DNA of 64,000 nucleotides from Firmicutes bacterium UBA1393 (GCA_002305255.1 DBQN01000076.1:18799-82798), one strand, 5' to 3'. Shown: positions 37,848 through 47,360, counted from the first letter of the stretch. Notes: generated by a model from the letters alone, not told the origin. Program-made: numbers and translations.

Positions 37848-38894
37848 CTACTGGTAGCGCTTCACCGTAATCGCGCCGCTCGATATCTTCGACTGGATCT
37901 CGACAAGCCGCTGTACGCTGCGGGCAGGCAAGATCTGGCGGGTGTAGTCGTCGATGGCCAGGCCCATTCCGCCCTGGCGGATGCCGTATTCCAGCACTTC
38001 GCCGGGCTTGTAGGTGTTGTTGGCGATGGTACGATACACACCGTAGATGGCATCTCCCACGTTCTTCAGGCACGATGTCACCACATGCCCCGGCTGGAGC
38101 CCGTTCTGGTTTGAGTCGACGCCGATGGCGTATTTGCCGGCCTCCGCTGCCGCCTCAAGCACTCCCGAGCCGGTGAGTGACGCTATCTGGAACACGACAT
38201 CAGCGCGCTGCGAGTAGAGCTGGTTTGCGGCCTGCTTCCCACGTACCGGGTCATCCCAGGTGCCCGCAAACACGGCCCTCACCTCTATCTTGGGGTCGAT
38301 GTACTTGGCGCCCTGCTCATATCCGTAAAGGAATGCTCTTATCACAGGGTCGTCATCGCCACCAACCGCACCGATGATCTTGTCGGAGTTCACTCCTTTG
38401 ATCGTGGTGTCGGTGGTCAGAAGCGCCGCGGCCGCGCCGGCCATGAAGGCGCCTTCCTCCTCGATGAAATCGACATTGGTGATGGTGCGGCGGCTGTTCT
38501 CGACAACCGTGTCAACGTTGATCCACCGCTTGTTGGGATACTGGTCGGCGTACTGCATCAAGAGATCCTCGAAGCCGTAGGAGATGACGAACACCACGTC
38601 GGCGTTCCACTGCACTGCGGCCTGCAGCGCCTGGGAGTACCTCGCCGGATCGAACCCACACTCGATGGTACGTGTTTGCACGCCGAACTCCTTGGCGATT
38701 CTGTCGATGCCCGCCTGACCGGAATCATAGAACGATAGATCGCCCAGACCGCCGTTTATGATGTAGGCGACCTTCTGCGGCGATGCCGCAGCGGCCCCCG
38801 GCATCACTCCTACGGTCATTGCCATAGTCAGAACCACTACCGCTGCAACGAATGAACCAAGCCTCCGGCTGCTCAAACCAACTCCTCCTCGCAT
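37848..38894 (-). CDS. BMP-family (basic membrane protein/PnrA-like) substrate-binding protein of the nucleoside ABC importer.
   Basis: Signal peptide (MRGGVGLSSRRLGSFVAAVVVLTMAMTVGVMPGAAAAS) then a BMP/PBP-I-like domain. An alternative TTG start at 38876 follows GAGGAGGA. Confidence 0.75.
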   Translation of the reverse strand: MRGGVGLSSRRLGSFVAAVVVLTMAMTVGVMPGAAAASPQKVAYIINGGLGDLSFYDSGQAGIDRIAKEFGVQTRTIECGFDPARYSQALQAAVQWNADVVFVISYGFEDLLMQYADQYPNKRWINVDTVVENSRRTITNVDFIEEEGAFMAGAAAALLTTDTTIKGVNSDKIIGAVGGDDDPVIRAFLYGYEQGAKYIDPKIEVRAVFAGTWDDPVRGKQAANQLYSQRADVVFQIASLTGSGVLEAAAEAGKYAIGVDSNQNGLQPGHVVTSCLKNVGDAIYGVYRTIANNTYKPGEVLEYGIRQGGMGLAIDDYTRQILPARSVQRLVEIQSKISSGAITVKRYQ

Positions 38895-38955
38895 TCGCCC
38901 ATTTTGGTCGGTAATTCGACACTCAAAGCGTTGTTCCTTTGAGGCGATGCCTTCC

Positions 38956-40365
38956 CTACCTTCCGGTAATTGAGCATCCGTCGAGCATAACATGGGGCAG
39001 CCTCTCATTGGCCAGCACCCACAGCTCATCCGACACTCCTACCACCTGCGAGAGGAGCTCGTAGATGTTGCCTGCGATCATGACTTCCGTCACTGCGTGC
39101 ATGATCTTGCCATTCTCGATGTAATAGCCGCCCTTGACGCTGCCCGAGAAATCGCCGCTGGCCGGATCGACGCTTCCGGAGAACCTATTGACGATGAGAC
39201 CTCTGTCGCACGCGCCAATCAGCTCTTCGAGGCTGTGTTCACCGGGCGCTATGATCATGTTCGTCGGCTCTACCCCTGGCAGACCCGAATCACTCCCGGA
39301 TGCCCTGCCGTTCGACTTGCGCCCGTCGACCCTGGCTGTGCGGCAGTTGTACATGTAGTCTTGCAGCACCCCGTCGCGGACGAGGTCAAGCTTTTCGGGG
39401 ATCACGCCTTCTCGGTCGAACAAGGTGGATCCGACACCCTCCGGTATCGCCGGATCATCGACGACGCTGATCAACGGCGACATCACCTGCCGGCCGAGCA
39501 TTCCCTTCCACTTTGAGCGCCCACTCTGAACCATCTCAGCATTGACCGAGTAGGCGATGGGCGCAAGCACTATCTCCGACGCAGCATAAGGCGTCAAGAT
39601 GATCTTGCCACGGAAGCTCGAGGTTGGCCGCGTATCGAGAGACGCGATGACGCGCTTCGCCAGCTCCCGCCCTATCTCAAACGAGTTCACCCGGGCAAGC
39701 GCACATGACCCGGCCACGCCCACATCGAAAGATGAGACCTTGTCGCCGTCGACTGCAAACACCATGGCCTGTGCGATTGCCACGGTTTTACGCTGCCCGA
39801 GCCTGAGGCCCTCAGAGTTGGCGATGTACACCTGGCTCGACTGGACGCGGAACGAGGCTGCATCCACCGTGATCCTTCGATCGTAGCCGAGGGCGCCGTC
39901 AAGGAAGGCTGCCGCGTGCTTCAGCGCATCCCCAAGACCCATGCCGGCGATGGCTTCGTCGTACAGACCATCAACGGCTCCCGCGCCGCCTGCCGACGAC
40001 GGCTCAGGCTGTGCAAGGCAGAGATGAGGATCTGCGGGCGACGCCGCGGCGATGGCCATCGCCGCCGTGAGCGTGGAGTCGACGGAGCTGCTCGACAACA
40101 GATTGGTTGACGCAAATCCCTGCTTGAACCCGGCTCCGCCAGGCGCTTCGACAAGCACCCTGAGGCCGATGCCGCTGTAGGTGTCACCCTTTGGCACATG
40201 GATGTCGTTCTTCTCGATCATGGTTTCCAGGTTCCGCGACTCCGTGAAATAGGCCTCCACTGCCGATGCTCCGCGAATGAGGCCGCGCTCCACGGCAAGT
40301 TCACAGTAATCCAGGCCGCTGGAGCCTGATGTCATCGCACTGCCTCCCCTACTCATGGCGTCCAC
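38956..40365 (-). CDS. TldE/PmbA-family metalloprotease subunit (peptidase U62), pair 2.
   Basis: 469 aa, PmbA-like. It overlaps the upstream tldD by 17 nt. Confidence 0.75.
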   Translation of the reverse strand: MDAMSRGGSAMTSGSSGLDYCELAVERGLIRGASAVEAYFTESRNLETMIEKNDIHVPKGDTYSGIGLRVLVEAPGGAGFKQGFASTNLLSSSSVDSTLTAAMAIAAASPADPHLCLAQPEPSSAGGAGAVDGLYDEAIAGMGLGDALKHAAAFLDGALGYDRRITVDAASFRVQSSQVYIANSEGLRLGQRKTVAIAQAMVFAVDGDKVSSFDVGVAGSCALARVNSFEIGRELAKRVIASLDTRPTSSFRGKIILTPYAASEIVLAPIAYSVNAEMVQSGRSKWKGMLGRQVMSPLISVVDDPAIPEGVGSTLFDREGVIPEKLDLVRDGVLQDYMYNCRTARVDGRKSNGRASGSDSGLPGVEPTNMIIAPGEHSLEELIGACDRGLIVNRFSGSVDPASGDFSGSVKGGYYIENGKIMHAVTEVMIAGNIYELLSQVVGVSDELWVLANERLPHVMLDGCSITGR

Positions 40366-41728
40366 CCACAGTCACACGGCACCGCACATACGGACCACCT
40401 GCGTCCACCTTCGCAGGCTGCCACTTGCCGCAGTGGCCTGCCCCCATATTGAACGAAAAGTCGCCGGATACGGCGTCAACCGACTTCAGCACCTCAAATG
40501 CCTGCCCCGAGATGGTAACGCCCTTGATCAGTTCGCTCAGGCAACCGTTGCGGATTCGCCGCGCCCCGGCAACAGAGAACATGAACTCAGCCGAAGCATC
40601 GGCCTGGCCGCCGCCGTGGCCAAGCCCGAATAGGAACAGACCATCCTCGACCTCCGAGATCATGGTGTTCAGATCGTTCTTGCCCGGCAAGATGAAAGTG
40701 TTCGTCATGCGTATCAGCGGCTCGTCCCTGTAAGTAAACGCTCTGGCGTTGCCTTGCGGCACGCCTCGCAACACCGCAGCTGACTCGCGGTTGTGCAGGT
40801 AGTTCCTGAGCACCCCGTTCTCGATTATCACAGTGCGGGATCCCTGCACGCCTTCGTCATCGACCATCAACATGCCGGCGGCTCCGGGCGCATCACCATC
40901 GTCAACCATGGTGACAAGATCAGAAGCAACGTGCTGCCCTATCTTGCCCTTGACCACCGACCCGCTCAAGACGAGATCGGCTTCCACCGTGTGCCCGATG
41001 GCCTCGTGAGACAGCACACCTACCAGCTGAGGATCGAGAATCACGGTGTACTGGCCGCCCGGCACGTATCCCGCATCGAGTTTCTCTATGGCAGACCGGG
41101 CCGCCGAATCTATCTTGTCATCGAGGCAGCCCTTCTCCATCAGAGTCTGCCATGATCCGGTGACACCCCATGACTCCAGCCCGGTTTCGAGCTTGCCATC
41201 GGAACCGGCAGTGGCGTATACATGCATGCTCTGCTTGCTGTCGAGGATATGGGCCGCAGCACCGTCTGTGTTGACGATGTACTTCTCGTCGTCGTAATGG
41301 GTGTAGCGCACAGTGGAACCTACGATCAGCTCCGAACGCGAACGCAATTTGGCTTCTGCCTGCACAACCGTGTCGATCTTCTCGGCGATGGAGGGCTCTG
41401 TTCCGCGCTCGTACTGTACATACTCTCCCACCCCCATCTTGGCCGGGGCGAGGGTGACACGCTCCTTCTTTATCTCAGCCGCAGCGGTAGCCCCCTGAAG
41501 CGCATCTTCCAGGGCCCTGCGCAGTCCGCCTTCACTTACGTCACTGGTAGACACGAAGCCCCAGCAACCATCGACGAGGCACCTGACTCCGGCGCCTGCC
41601 AGAGTCTTCTGCTCAGCCTTGGCGAGACTGGCGTTCCTGGCCTCTATGATAGTGGACACTCGTTTGTGGTATCTGATCTCAGCATAGCCGCTCACGGTGT
41701 CGAGTACCGACCTAAGCAGCTCAATCAT
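40349..41728 (-). CDS. tldD: TldD-family metalloprotease (peptidase U62), pair 2.
   Basis: 459 aa with the HEAIGH zinc motif (SHEAIGHTVEAD). Confidence 0.8.
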   Translation of the reverse strand: MIELLRSVLDTVSGYAEIRYHKRVSTIIEARNASLAKAEQKTLAGAGVRCLVDGCWGFVSTSDVSEGGLRRALEDALQGATAAAEIKKERVTLAPAKMGVGEYVQYERGTEPSIAEKIDTVVQAEAKLRSRSELIVGSTVRYTHYDDEKYIVNTDGAAAHILDSKQSMHVYATAGSDGKLETGLESWGVTGSWQTLMEKGCLDDKIDSAARSAIEKLDAGYVPGGQYTVILDPQLVGVLSHEAIGHTVEADLVLSGSVVKGKIGQHVASDLVTMVDDGDAPGAAGMLMVDDEGVQGSRTVIIENGVLRNYLHNRESAAVLRGVPQGNARAFTYRDEPLIRMTNTFILPGKNDLNTMISEVEDGLFLFGLGHGGGQADASAEFMFSVAGARRIRNGCLSELIKGVTISGQAFEVLKSVDAVSGDFSFNMGAGHCGKWQPAKVDAGGPYVRCRVTVGGRHE

Positions 41729-41843
41729 TGCGCCACCTTCCCTTCCATGAGTCTATACTTGATTACACTATACACTCATATGAGGCGTTATCCTGCTGGC
41801 CACTAGGCTAGGTTTGTCGAAATCCGATGGCACCCCGCTCGCC

Positions 41844-41893
41844 TTGACGTGCTCCTGGCACAGGGTTATAATCTCCTTACCGAACATATGTTC
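41844..41893 (+). promoter_or_regulatory. Sigma-A promoter (TTGACG, 17 nt, TATAAT) with a Cheo-type LexA operator CGAACATATGTTC immediately downstream. This is an SOS-regulated promoter for imuB-dnaE2.
   Basis: gccTTGACGtgctcctggcacagggtTATAATctccttacCGAACATATGTTCtat. The LexA box matches the Firmicutes consensus CGAACRNRYGTTYC at all conserved positions except the last base. Confidence 0.75.
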
Positions 41894-41934
41894 TATAGGG
41901 AAGCCGAAAACGGCCCTTGAGGAGATGTCGGCAC

Positions 41935-43221
41935 ATGACGTCTATTGCGTACATAACCGCCCCTTACCTGCGTTATCTGGCCAGCGTGCGCCCGGAGCAG
42001 CGTGGCGCGGCCGTTGCGGTCGTGGAACGGAATACAGTGGTCAGCGCAGCGCCGGAGCTTATGTGTATGGGCATACGTGCGGGGCATTCGCGCCGTCAGG
42101 CAAAGCACATTTGCCCTGAAGTTGTTTTCGTGGAGCAGGATACGGAATCATCACAGGCGCTGGCGAACACAGTATGGGATGTGTGCGCCGGCTTCACCCC
42201 CTTAGTTGAACCCGCAGGTCTTGACTGCTGTTTCATCGACATAACTGGTTGCGGCGAAGCGTCGTCCATCATCAACCTGATATGCCGCAGGTGCGAGGAG
42301 CAGTTTGGAGTATCGCTTTACATATGCGTTGCGCCGACAAAGCTCGTGGCCAGGGCAGGTGTGCCCGATGTCGGGTCAAAGGATCGCGTTGCCTGGGTAC
42401 AGCCCGAATCCTCATCCGATTTCCTCGCATCTCTTCCTGTGGAGGCCCTGTGGCCTCTGGGCAGGGATGCCCTCGATCAGTTATATCGGTTGGGCGTCAG
42501 TACAGTGGCACAGTTGAGGGCGGTACCCCTTTCAGAACTCACCAACCAGCTGGGTGCAGCAGGCATGCAGGCATACTACTTGAGCCGCGGGGTCGATCAT
42601 TCAAATGTGAAAGCGGCCTACCCTGAAGCATCCGTGAACTACTCGATGGATTTCGATAAGCCCCTGTCGGAATGGGCGGATGTGCTGGAATGCATAAGGA
42701 TATGCGCGGCCAGCATTGGCAACCAGCTTGAGCAGGCACAGGCATCAGCCTCCTGTGTGGAACTGGTGATCAGGTATACCCCCGACGGCGGCAATGATCC
42801 CGGCCCAACCCGGCGGCGCATCACGCTGAGAACGCCTGCCGGCTCACCGAGAACCATTGAGGCAGCCCTGACCAGGGCTGCACAAGCAGGCATGGAGGCA
42901 CCTATATCATCGCTAGAGGCTCGAGCCCTGAACCTGGTGGTGCCAGAGTCCATGCAGCTGTCAATGTTCACTGCCTTCTCCACTGTCACCGGCCGCGTCT
43001 GCCCCAGGCAGGCAGGTGGCCCCGGCAGTACCGGCAATTCCGGCAATGCCGGCAGCGCCGGCAGGCTCGGTGGTGGGATGCGCGATGCTGATGACGAAGT
43101 TGCCGATCTGGCCAGGGCTGTTGAGCGGATTCGCCAGCGTTTCGGCGCGCGCAGCATATTGACGGCCGATGCCATCATAACCAGCAGGCGCGATAGGATG
43201 ATCGCCGCGTCTATGATATGA
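41935..43221 (+). CDS. imuB: ImuB-like Y-family polymerase paralog, catalytically inactive.
   Basis: Y-family fold in which the N-terminal DxDxFFA is replaced by IAYITAPYL, so the catalytic Asp residues are lacking. The C-terminus has a Gly/Ser/Asn-rich low-complexity region. The start is the ATG after GAGGAG; the track ORF starts at 41917. Confidence 0.75.
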   Translation: MTSIAYITAPYLRYLASVRPEQRGAAVAVVERNTVVSAAPELMCMGIRAGHSRRQAKHICPEVVFVEQDTESSQALANTVWDVCAGFTPLVEPAGLDCCFIDITGCGEASSIINLICRRCEEQFGVSLYICVAPTKLVARAGVPDVGSKDRVAWVQPESSSDFLASLPVEALWPLGRDALDQLYRLGVSTVAQLRAVPLSELTNQLGAAGMQAYYLSRGVDHSNVKAAYPEASVNYSMDFDKPLSEWADVLECIRICAASIGNQLEQAQASASCVELVIRYTPDGGNDPGPTRRRITLRTPAGSPRTIEAALTRAAQAGMEAPISSLEARALNLVVPESMQLSMFTAFSTVTGRVCPRQAGGPGSTGNSGNAGSAGRLGGGMRDADDEVADLARAVERIRQRFGARSILTADAIITSRRDRMIAASMI

Positions 43222-43260
43222 GCCGGCTGGCACGTGTAATGCGACATGGGAGGCACCGCT

Positions 43261-43509
43261 ATGAGCCGAAAGATAGGCCGTCGTATAGAGGTCGAAGAGT
43301 CCGCTCCGGGCCGCCCGGGCAAATTCTACTGGTCGGGCCGGTGGAACCGCGTAAGTTCCGTGATCGACTCCTGGAGAGAATGCGGCGAATGGTGGAATGG
43401 CGCCGACGAGCAGGATTATTTCCTGGTATCGGCGGATCCCGGCACCGGATGCTATGAGCTGTGCCGCGCCGGCCAAAGCGAATGGGAGTTATCCAGAATA
43501 ATCGATTAG
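43261..43509 (+). CDS. Small Trp-rich conserved hypothetical protein between imuB and dnaE2.
   Basis: 82 aa (MSRKIGRRIEVEESAPGRPGKFYWSGRWNRVSSVIDSWRECGEWWNG...) with RBS GGGAGG. It is tightly spaced in the operon, 39 nt after imuB and 16 nt before dnaE2. Confidence 0.4.
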   Translation: MSRKIGRRIEVEESAPGRPGKFYWSGRWNRVSSVIDSWRECGEWWNGADEQDYFLVSADPGTGCYELCRAGQSEWELSRIID

Positions 43510-43525
43510 GTAGGAGCAGGTCGAG

Positions 43526-46500
43526 ATGGGTTCAATCCATCGGGCCGATGATTTCGTACACCTGCACGTGCATTCCCAGTATTCATTCCTCGATGGCGCG
43601 AGCCGCTGTGCCGAGCTGGTCGCACGCTGCGCCGAGCTGGGCATGGGTGCCATCGCCATAACAGATCATGATAACGTCAGCTGTGCCGTGGAATTCTCCC
43701 GTGCCGCCGCCGAGCATGGCATAAAGCCTATACACGGTGTCGAGCTCACGATGGAAGGCGGTTTCCACCTCGTATTGCTCGCGCAGAACGCCCAGGGCTA
43801 CGCCAACATCTGCGCCATCCTCACCGAAGCTCACATGAACTCCGAACGTCGCCACCCCAGGGCCAATATGGAGTTGCTCCGGCGCCACTCCGACAACTTG
43901 ATCGCATTGTCGGGCTGCAGGCGCGGAGCAGTGGCATCCGGGATTCTGTGTCATCAGAACGACAGAGCTCGTTCCACCGTCGAGGAACTGGTATCAGTAT
44001 TCGGCAGGCAGAACGTTTACATAGAATTGCAGCAGCCAATGGCACCCGGCGCGTCCGCCCTCAACTCATGCCTGGCTTCCCTGGCAGAGATGGTGGGTGT
44101 GGGCGTCGTGGCATCGAACAACGTGCATTATGCCGAAAAATCCGATTTCGAAGCGCACGACGTGCTCACCTGCGTCAGAACCCTCACCTGCCTGGATGAC
44201 ATCCATCCCGAACGACACATAAACGCCGAAAACTACCTTAAGTCCGCCGCTGAAATGCGCCAGATGCTGGCCCATTTCCCTGGGGCCATTGAGAACACGC
44301 TGGTCATCGCGGAGCGGTGTGAACCCGGTCTCGACCTTGGGCGAAAGCTGTTTCCGAAGTATTCGCCCCCATCGGGGGAGTCGTCGGCGGCATTGCTGCG
44401 CCGTCTCACAATGGAGGGGGCCGCAGCCAGGTACGGCAACGTCACGCCTGCTGTGCGCGACAGGTTGGAGCACGAGCTGAACATCATCACTACTCTAGGC
44501 TTTGAGGACTACTTCCTCGCGGTATACGACATAGCCGCGTGGGCGCGGCAACAGAGGATACGCTACGCAGGCCGCGGCTCTGCAGCTGACTCGGCTGTGG
44601 CTTATTGCCTGTGGCTCACTAATGTAGACTCCATCGCCAGAGGCCTGCTGTTCGAGAGGTTCATGAGCCTGGAGCGGGCGCAACGGCCCGATGTCGACAT
44701 CGACTTTCAAGCCGACAGGCGCGATGAAGTGGCCGACTACGTGTACAAGCGCTACGGCAGCGGCTATGTGGCATCGGTGTGCACCTTCAACACCTTCCAG
44801 GCGCGCTCGGCGGTGCGAGATGTAGGTAAGGCGCTGGGCATTCCGGAGCATGAAGTCGACAGGCTGGCGAAGATGCTTCCTCACATCCCCGCAGATGGCG
44901 TGCGTGCGGCCTTCTCACGCTATCCTGAACTGCGAGATTCCGGGATACAGCCGCATCGGTTCGATCTATTGATCGACATCTGTGCGCGGCTGACGGGATT
45001 ACCCCGCCATATCGGCACTCACCTCGGCGGCATGGTCATCTCAGGAGAACCCCTTACATGTGTGACGCCGCTGCAGATGTCGGCGAAAGGAGTGCCCATA
45101 ACACAGTTCGATAAGGACTCCATCGAAGACCTTGGCCTGATCAAGCTCGATCTGCTCTCACTGCGCACGTTATGTGCAGTGGAATACGCAGGCGAACTTA
45201 TAAAGGAACCATCGTTCGACTATGATGCCATTCCCCATGGTGATGAAAGCATCTACTCAATGCTGCGTTCGGGCCAAACCATCGGCGTGTTCCAACTGGA
45301 AAGCCCGGCACAGCGCGCTCTGCAATCAAGGCTGGGGGCGGATTGCTTTGAAGACATAGTGGCCAGTGTAGCCCTGATAAGGCCCGGTCCCATCCAGGGG
45401 AACATGGTCGAGCCCTTCGTGGCGAGGCGCCTCAAGCAGGAAGAGGTGTATTACGTAGATCCGCGTCTCGAGCCCATCTTGAACAAGACCTACGGAGTAG
45501 TCCTCTACCAGGAGCAGGTCATTCAGATAGCCACCGCGGTGGCGGGTTTCACTCCCGGTGAGTCTGATAGGCTGCGCAAGGTCATGACACACTATCGCTC
45601 AGTGGCAGAGATGGAGGCCATCGGGCAAAACTTCATCGCCAAGGCAGTGGCCCACGGCACCGACAGGCAGACGGCGGAAACCATCTTCTCCTACATAGTG
45701 GGCTACTCAGGCTACGGTTTCTGCGAGGCCCACGCGGCCGCCTTCGCCGATACGGCTTACCGCACGGCGTATCTCGTGAAGCACCATCCGGCAGAGTTCT
45801 TCGCGTCGCTCCTCAGCGCCCAGCCCATGGGCTTCTATGCGCCACGAACTCTGATAGTGGAGGCAAAGCGCAGAGGCGTCAAGCTGCTGCCGCTCGACGT
45901 AAACGCCAGCTCGCACAAGTACACTGTAGAGAATGGTGCCATCAGAGTAGGCCTGATGCAGGTAAAGGCCATTTCCGAGAGCGACAGCGCCCGCATCGAG
46001 GCGGCACGCGCCAACGGCCTGTTCGTGTCGGCCGCTGACTTCGCGGCCAGAGTCGAGTTGCCGGTGGATGTGTTCGAGAACCTGGCCCTGGCCGGGGCTT
46101 TCGATTCCATCGAGCCCAACCGGAGGGCGCTGGTATGGCGCGTACGCCAGATCTCCGCCCGGGCCATGGCAGCACGAAGGCTACAGGCAGAGGCCGACTG
46201 CACCGGTCAGGCACCACTGGTGGGGCTGGTGGCACACACTACACCGGTGACACAGGCGATGCCGGCCGCCGCCTCTGACAATACAGGCAATACCGTATTG
46301 GCCAGTCAGATGCCAGGCAGGGCAAGCGGAATACCCGATTTCAATCCTCTGCAGCGGTTCTCAGCAGAGATGAAGGTGCTCGGATTCGGTATCGAGAGGC
46401 ATGCCATGGATTTCTACAGGCGGTCTTTGAAGAAGTGGGGCGCCCTTACAGCTGCCCAGATCGGGCAGGCGACGGCCGGAGCCATAGTGCGCGCGGGAGG

Positions 46501-46789
46501 CTTGATCGTGCGCCCGCACAGGCCGCCCACGAAGAGCGGCCGCATCGTGGTGTTTCTGTCACTAGAGGATGAAACGGGGCTCACAGACGTCACCGTGTTC
46601 GAAGATGTATACCAGAAGTACGGTGCCGCCATATTCTCCAGCGCCGCTCTGCTTGTAGAGGGCATAGTATGCATCAGGGGAGGAGGTGTGTCGATCACCG
46701 CGAGCAGGATCAGGCCGCTCATGGGTCGACGAGGGCAAGCGTGTCCTCCCCAGTCTCCGGCGAGTAGTGCCCATGGAGCAGGTCAGTGA
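43526..46789 (+). CDS. dnaE2: Error-prone DNA polymerase DnaE2 (ImuC), a PHP-domain C-family polymerase.
   Basis: 1087 aa with N-terminus MGSIHRADDFVHLHVHSQYSFLDGASR and PHP and polymerase core. It is the second dnaE paralog in the window and is in an operon with imuB behind a LexA box. Confidence 0.8.
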   Translation: MGSIHRADDFVHLHVHSQYSFLDGASRCAELVARCAELGMGAIAITDHDNVSCAVEFSRAAAEHGIKPIHGVELTMEGGFHLVLLAQNAQGYANICAILTEAHMNSERRHPRANMELLRRHSDNLIALSGCRRGAVASGILCHQNDRARSTVEELVSVFGRQNVYIELQQPMAPGASALNSCLASLAEMVGVGVVASNNVHYAEKSDFEAHDVLTCVRTLTCLDDIHPERHINAENYLKSAAEMRQMLAHFPGAIENTLVIAERCEPGLDLGRKLFPKYSPPSGESSAALLRRLTMEGAAARYGNVTPAVRDRLEHELNIITTLGFEDYFLAVYDIAAWARQQRIRYAGRGSAADSAVAYCLWLTNVDSIARGLLFERFMSLERAQRPDVDIDFQADRRDEVADYVYKRYGSGYVASVCTFNTFQARSAVRDVGKALGIPEHEVDRLAKMLPHIPADGVRAAFSRYPELRDSGIQPHRFDLLIDICARLTGLPRHIGTHLGGMVISGEPLTCVTPLQMSAKGVPITQFDKDSIEDLGLIKLDLLSLRTLCAVEYAGELIKEPSFDYDAIPHGDESIYSMLRSGQTIGVFQLESPAQRALQSRLGADCFEDIVASVALIRPGPIQGNMVEPFVARRLKQEEVYYVDPRLEPILNKTYGVVLYQEQVIQIATAVAGFTPGESDRLRKVMTHYRSVAEMEAIGQNFIAKAVAHGTDRQTAETIFSYIVGYSGYGFCEAHAAAFADTAYRTAYLVKHHPAEFFASLLSAQPMGFYAPRTLIVEAKRRGVKLLPLDVNASSHKYTVENGAIRVGLMQVKAISESDSARIEAARANGLFVSAADFAARVELPVDVFENLALAGAFDSIEPNRRALVWRVRQISARAMAARRLQAEADCTGQAPLVGLVAHTTPVTQAMPAAASDNTGNTVLASQMPGRASGIPDFNPLQRFSAEMKVLGFGIERHAMDFYRRSLKKWGALTAAQIGQATAGAIVRAGGLIVRPHRPPTKSGRIVVFLSLEDETGLTDVTVFEDVYQKYGAAIFSSAALLVEGIVCIRGGGVSITASRIRPLMGRRGQACPPQSPASSAHGAGQ

Positions 46790-47360
46790 GGGCCGCGTGA
46801 AATGCCTCGATGCTGCGGGCGGGCACCAACACGTGCATGGTCACACGCTCTGCGTAGTCGATGTCGGCAACTGTGTATCCCTGACCCGCGACGTAGTTCT
46901 GCACCATCCCCAGCACGGCGTAATCTAGTGCGAAGCTCACCCTGCGCACCGGCATCACCCTGGCGATGCCCGCTGCGTGGAGTCCGTCACGAGCAGCCGA
47001 GCTGTAGGCTCTGACCAGGCCGCCCGCGCCCAGCAGCGTGCCGCCGAAGTAGCGAGTGACCACTACGGCGCAGTACTTGACCCTCTCCTTGAGGATGACC
47101 TCGAGCACCGGCCGTCCGGCAGTGCCTGATGGCTCACCGTCGTCACTCGACCTGACGACCTCGTCGTTCGGGCCAACGGTGAAGGCGTACACGTTGTGCG
47201 TGGCATCCCAGAACTCGCGCCTCACCGCGTCGATGAACTGCTGAGCCTCTGACTCAGTGTCGACGGGGCGCGCCGTCGCGATGAATCTACTGCGTTTCAC
47301 CACGATCTCCGCACGACCCTGTGCTCTTACAACCAGGTAATCACGTTCCACGGCGACCAT
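46719..47360 (-). CDS. yigZ: YigZ/IMPACT-family protein (UPF0029).
   Basis: KRSRFIATARPVDTESEAQQFIDAVRREFWDATHNVYAF is the IMPACT N-domain signature. The start is taken at MVAVERDY. The track ORF extends to 47471. Confidence 0.8.
   Translation of the reverse strand: MVAVERDYLVVRAQGRAEIVVKRSRFIATARPVDTESEAQQFIDAVRREFWDATHNVYAFTVGPNDEVVRSSDDGEPSGTAGRPVLEVILKERVKYCAVVVTRYFGGTLLGAGGLVRAYSSAARDGLHAAGIARVMPVRRVSFALDYAVLGMVQNYVAGQGYTVADIDYAERVTMHVLVPARSIEAFHAALTDLLHGHYSPETGEDTLALVDP

Noticed and set aside
43010-43095. Short tandem GGCA/GGC-rich repeats (encoding GSTGNSGNAGSAGRLGGG).
   Set aside because: They are in frame inside imuB as a low-complexity linker. There is no repeat-spacer periodicity, so this is not a CRISPR or VNTR array.
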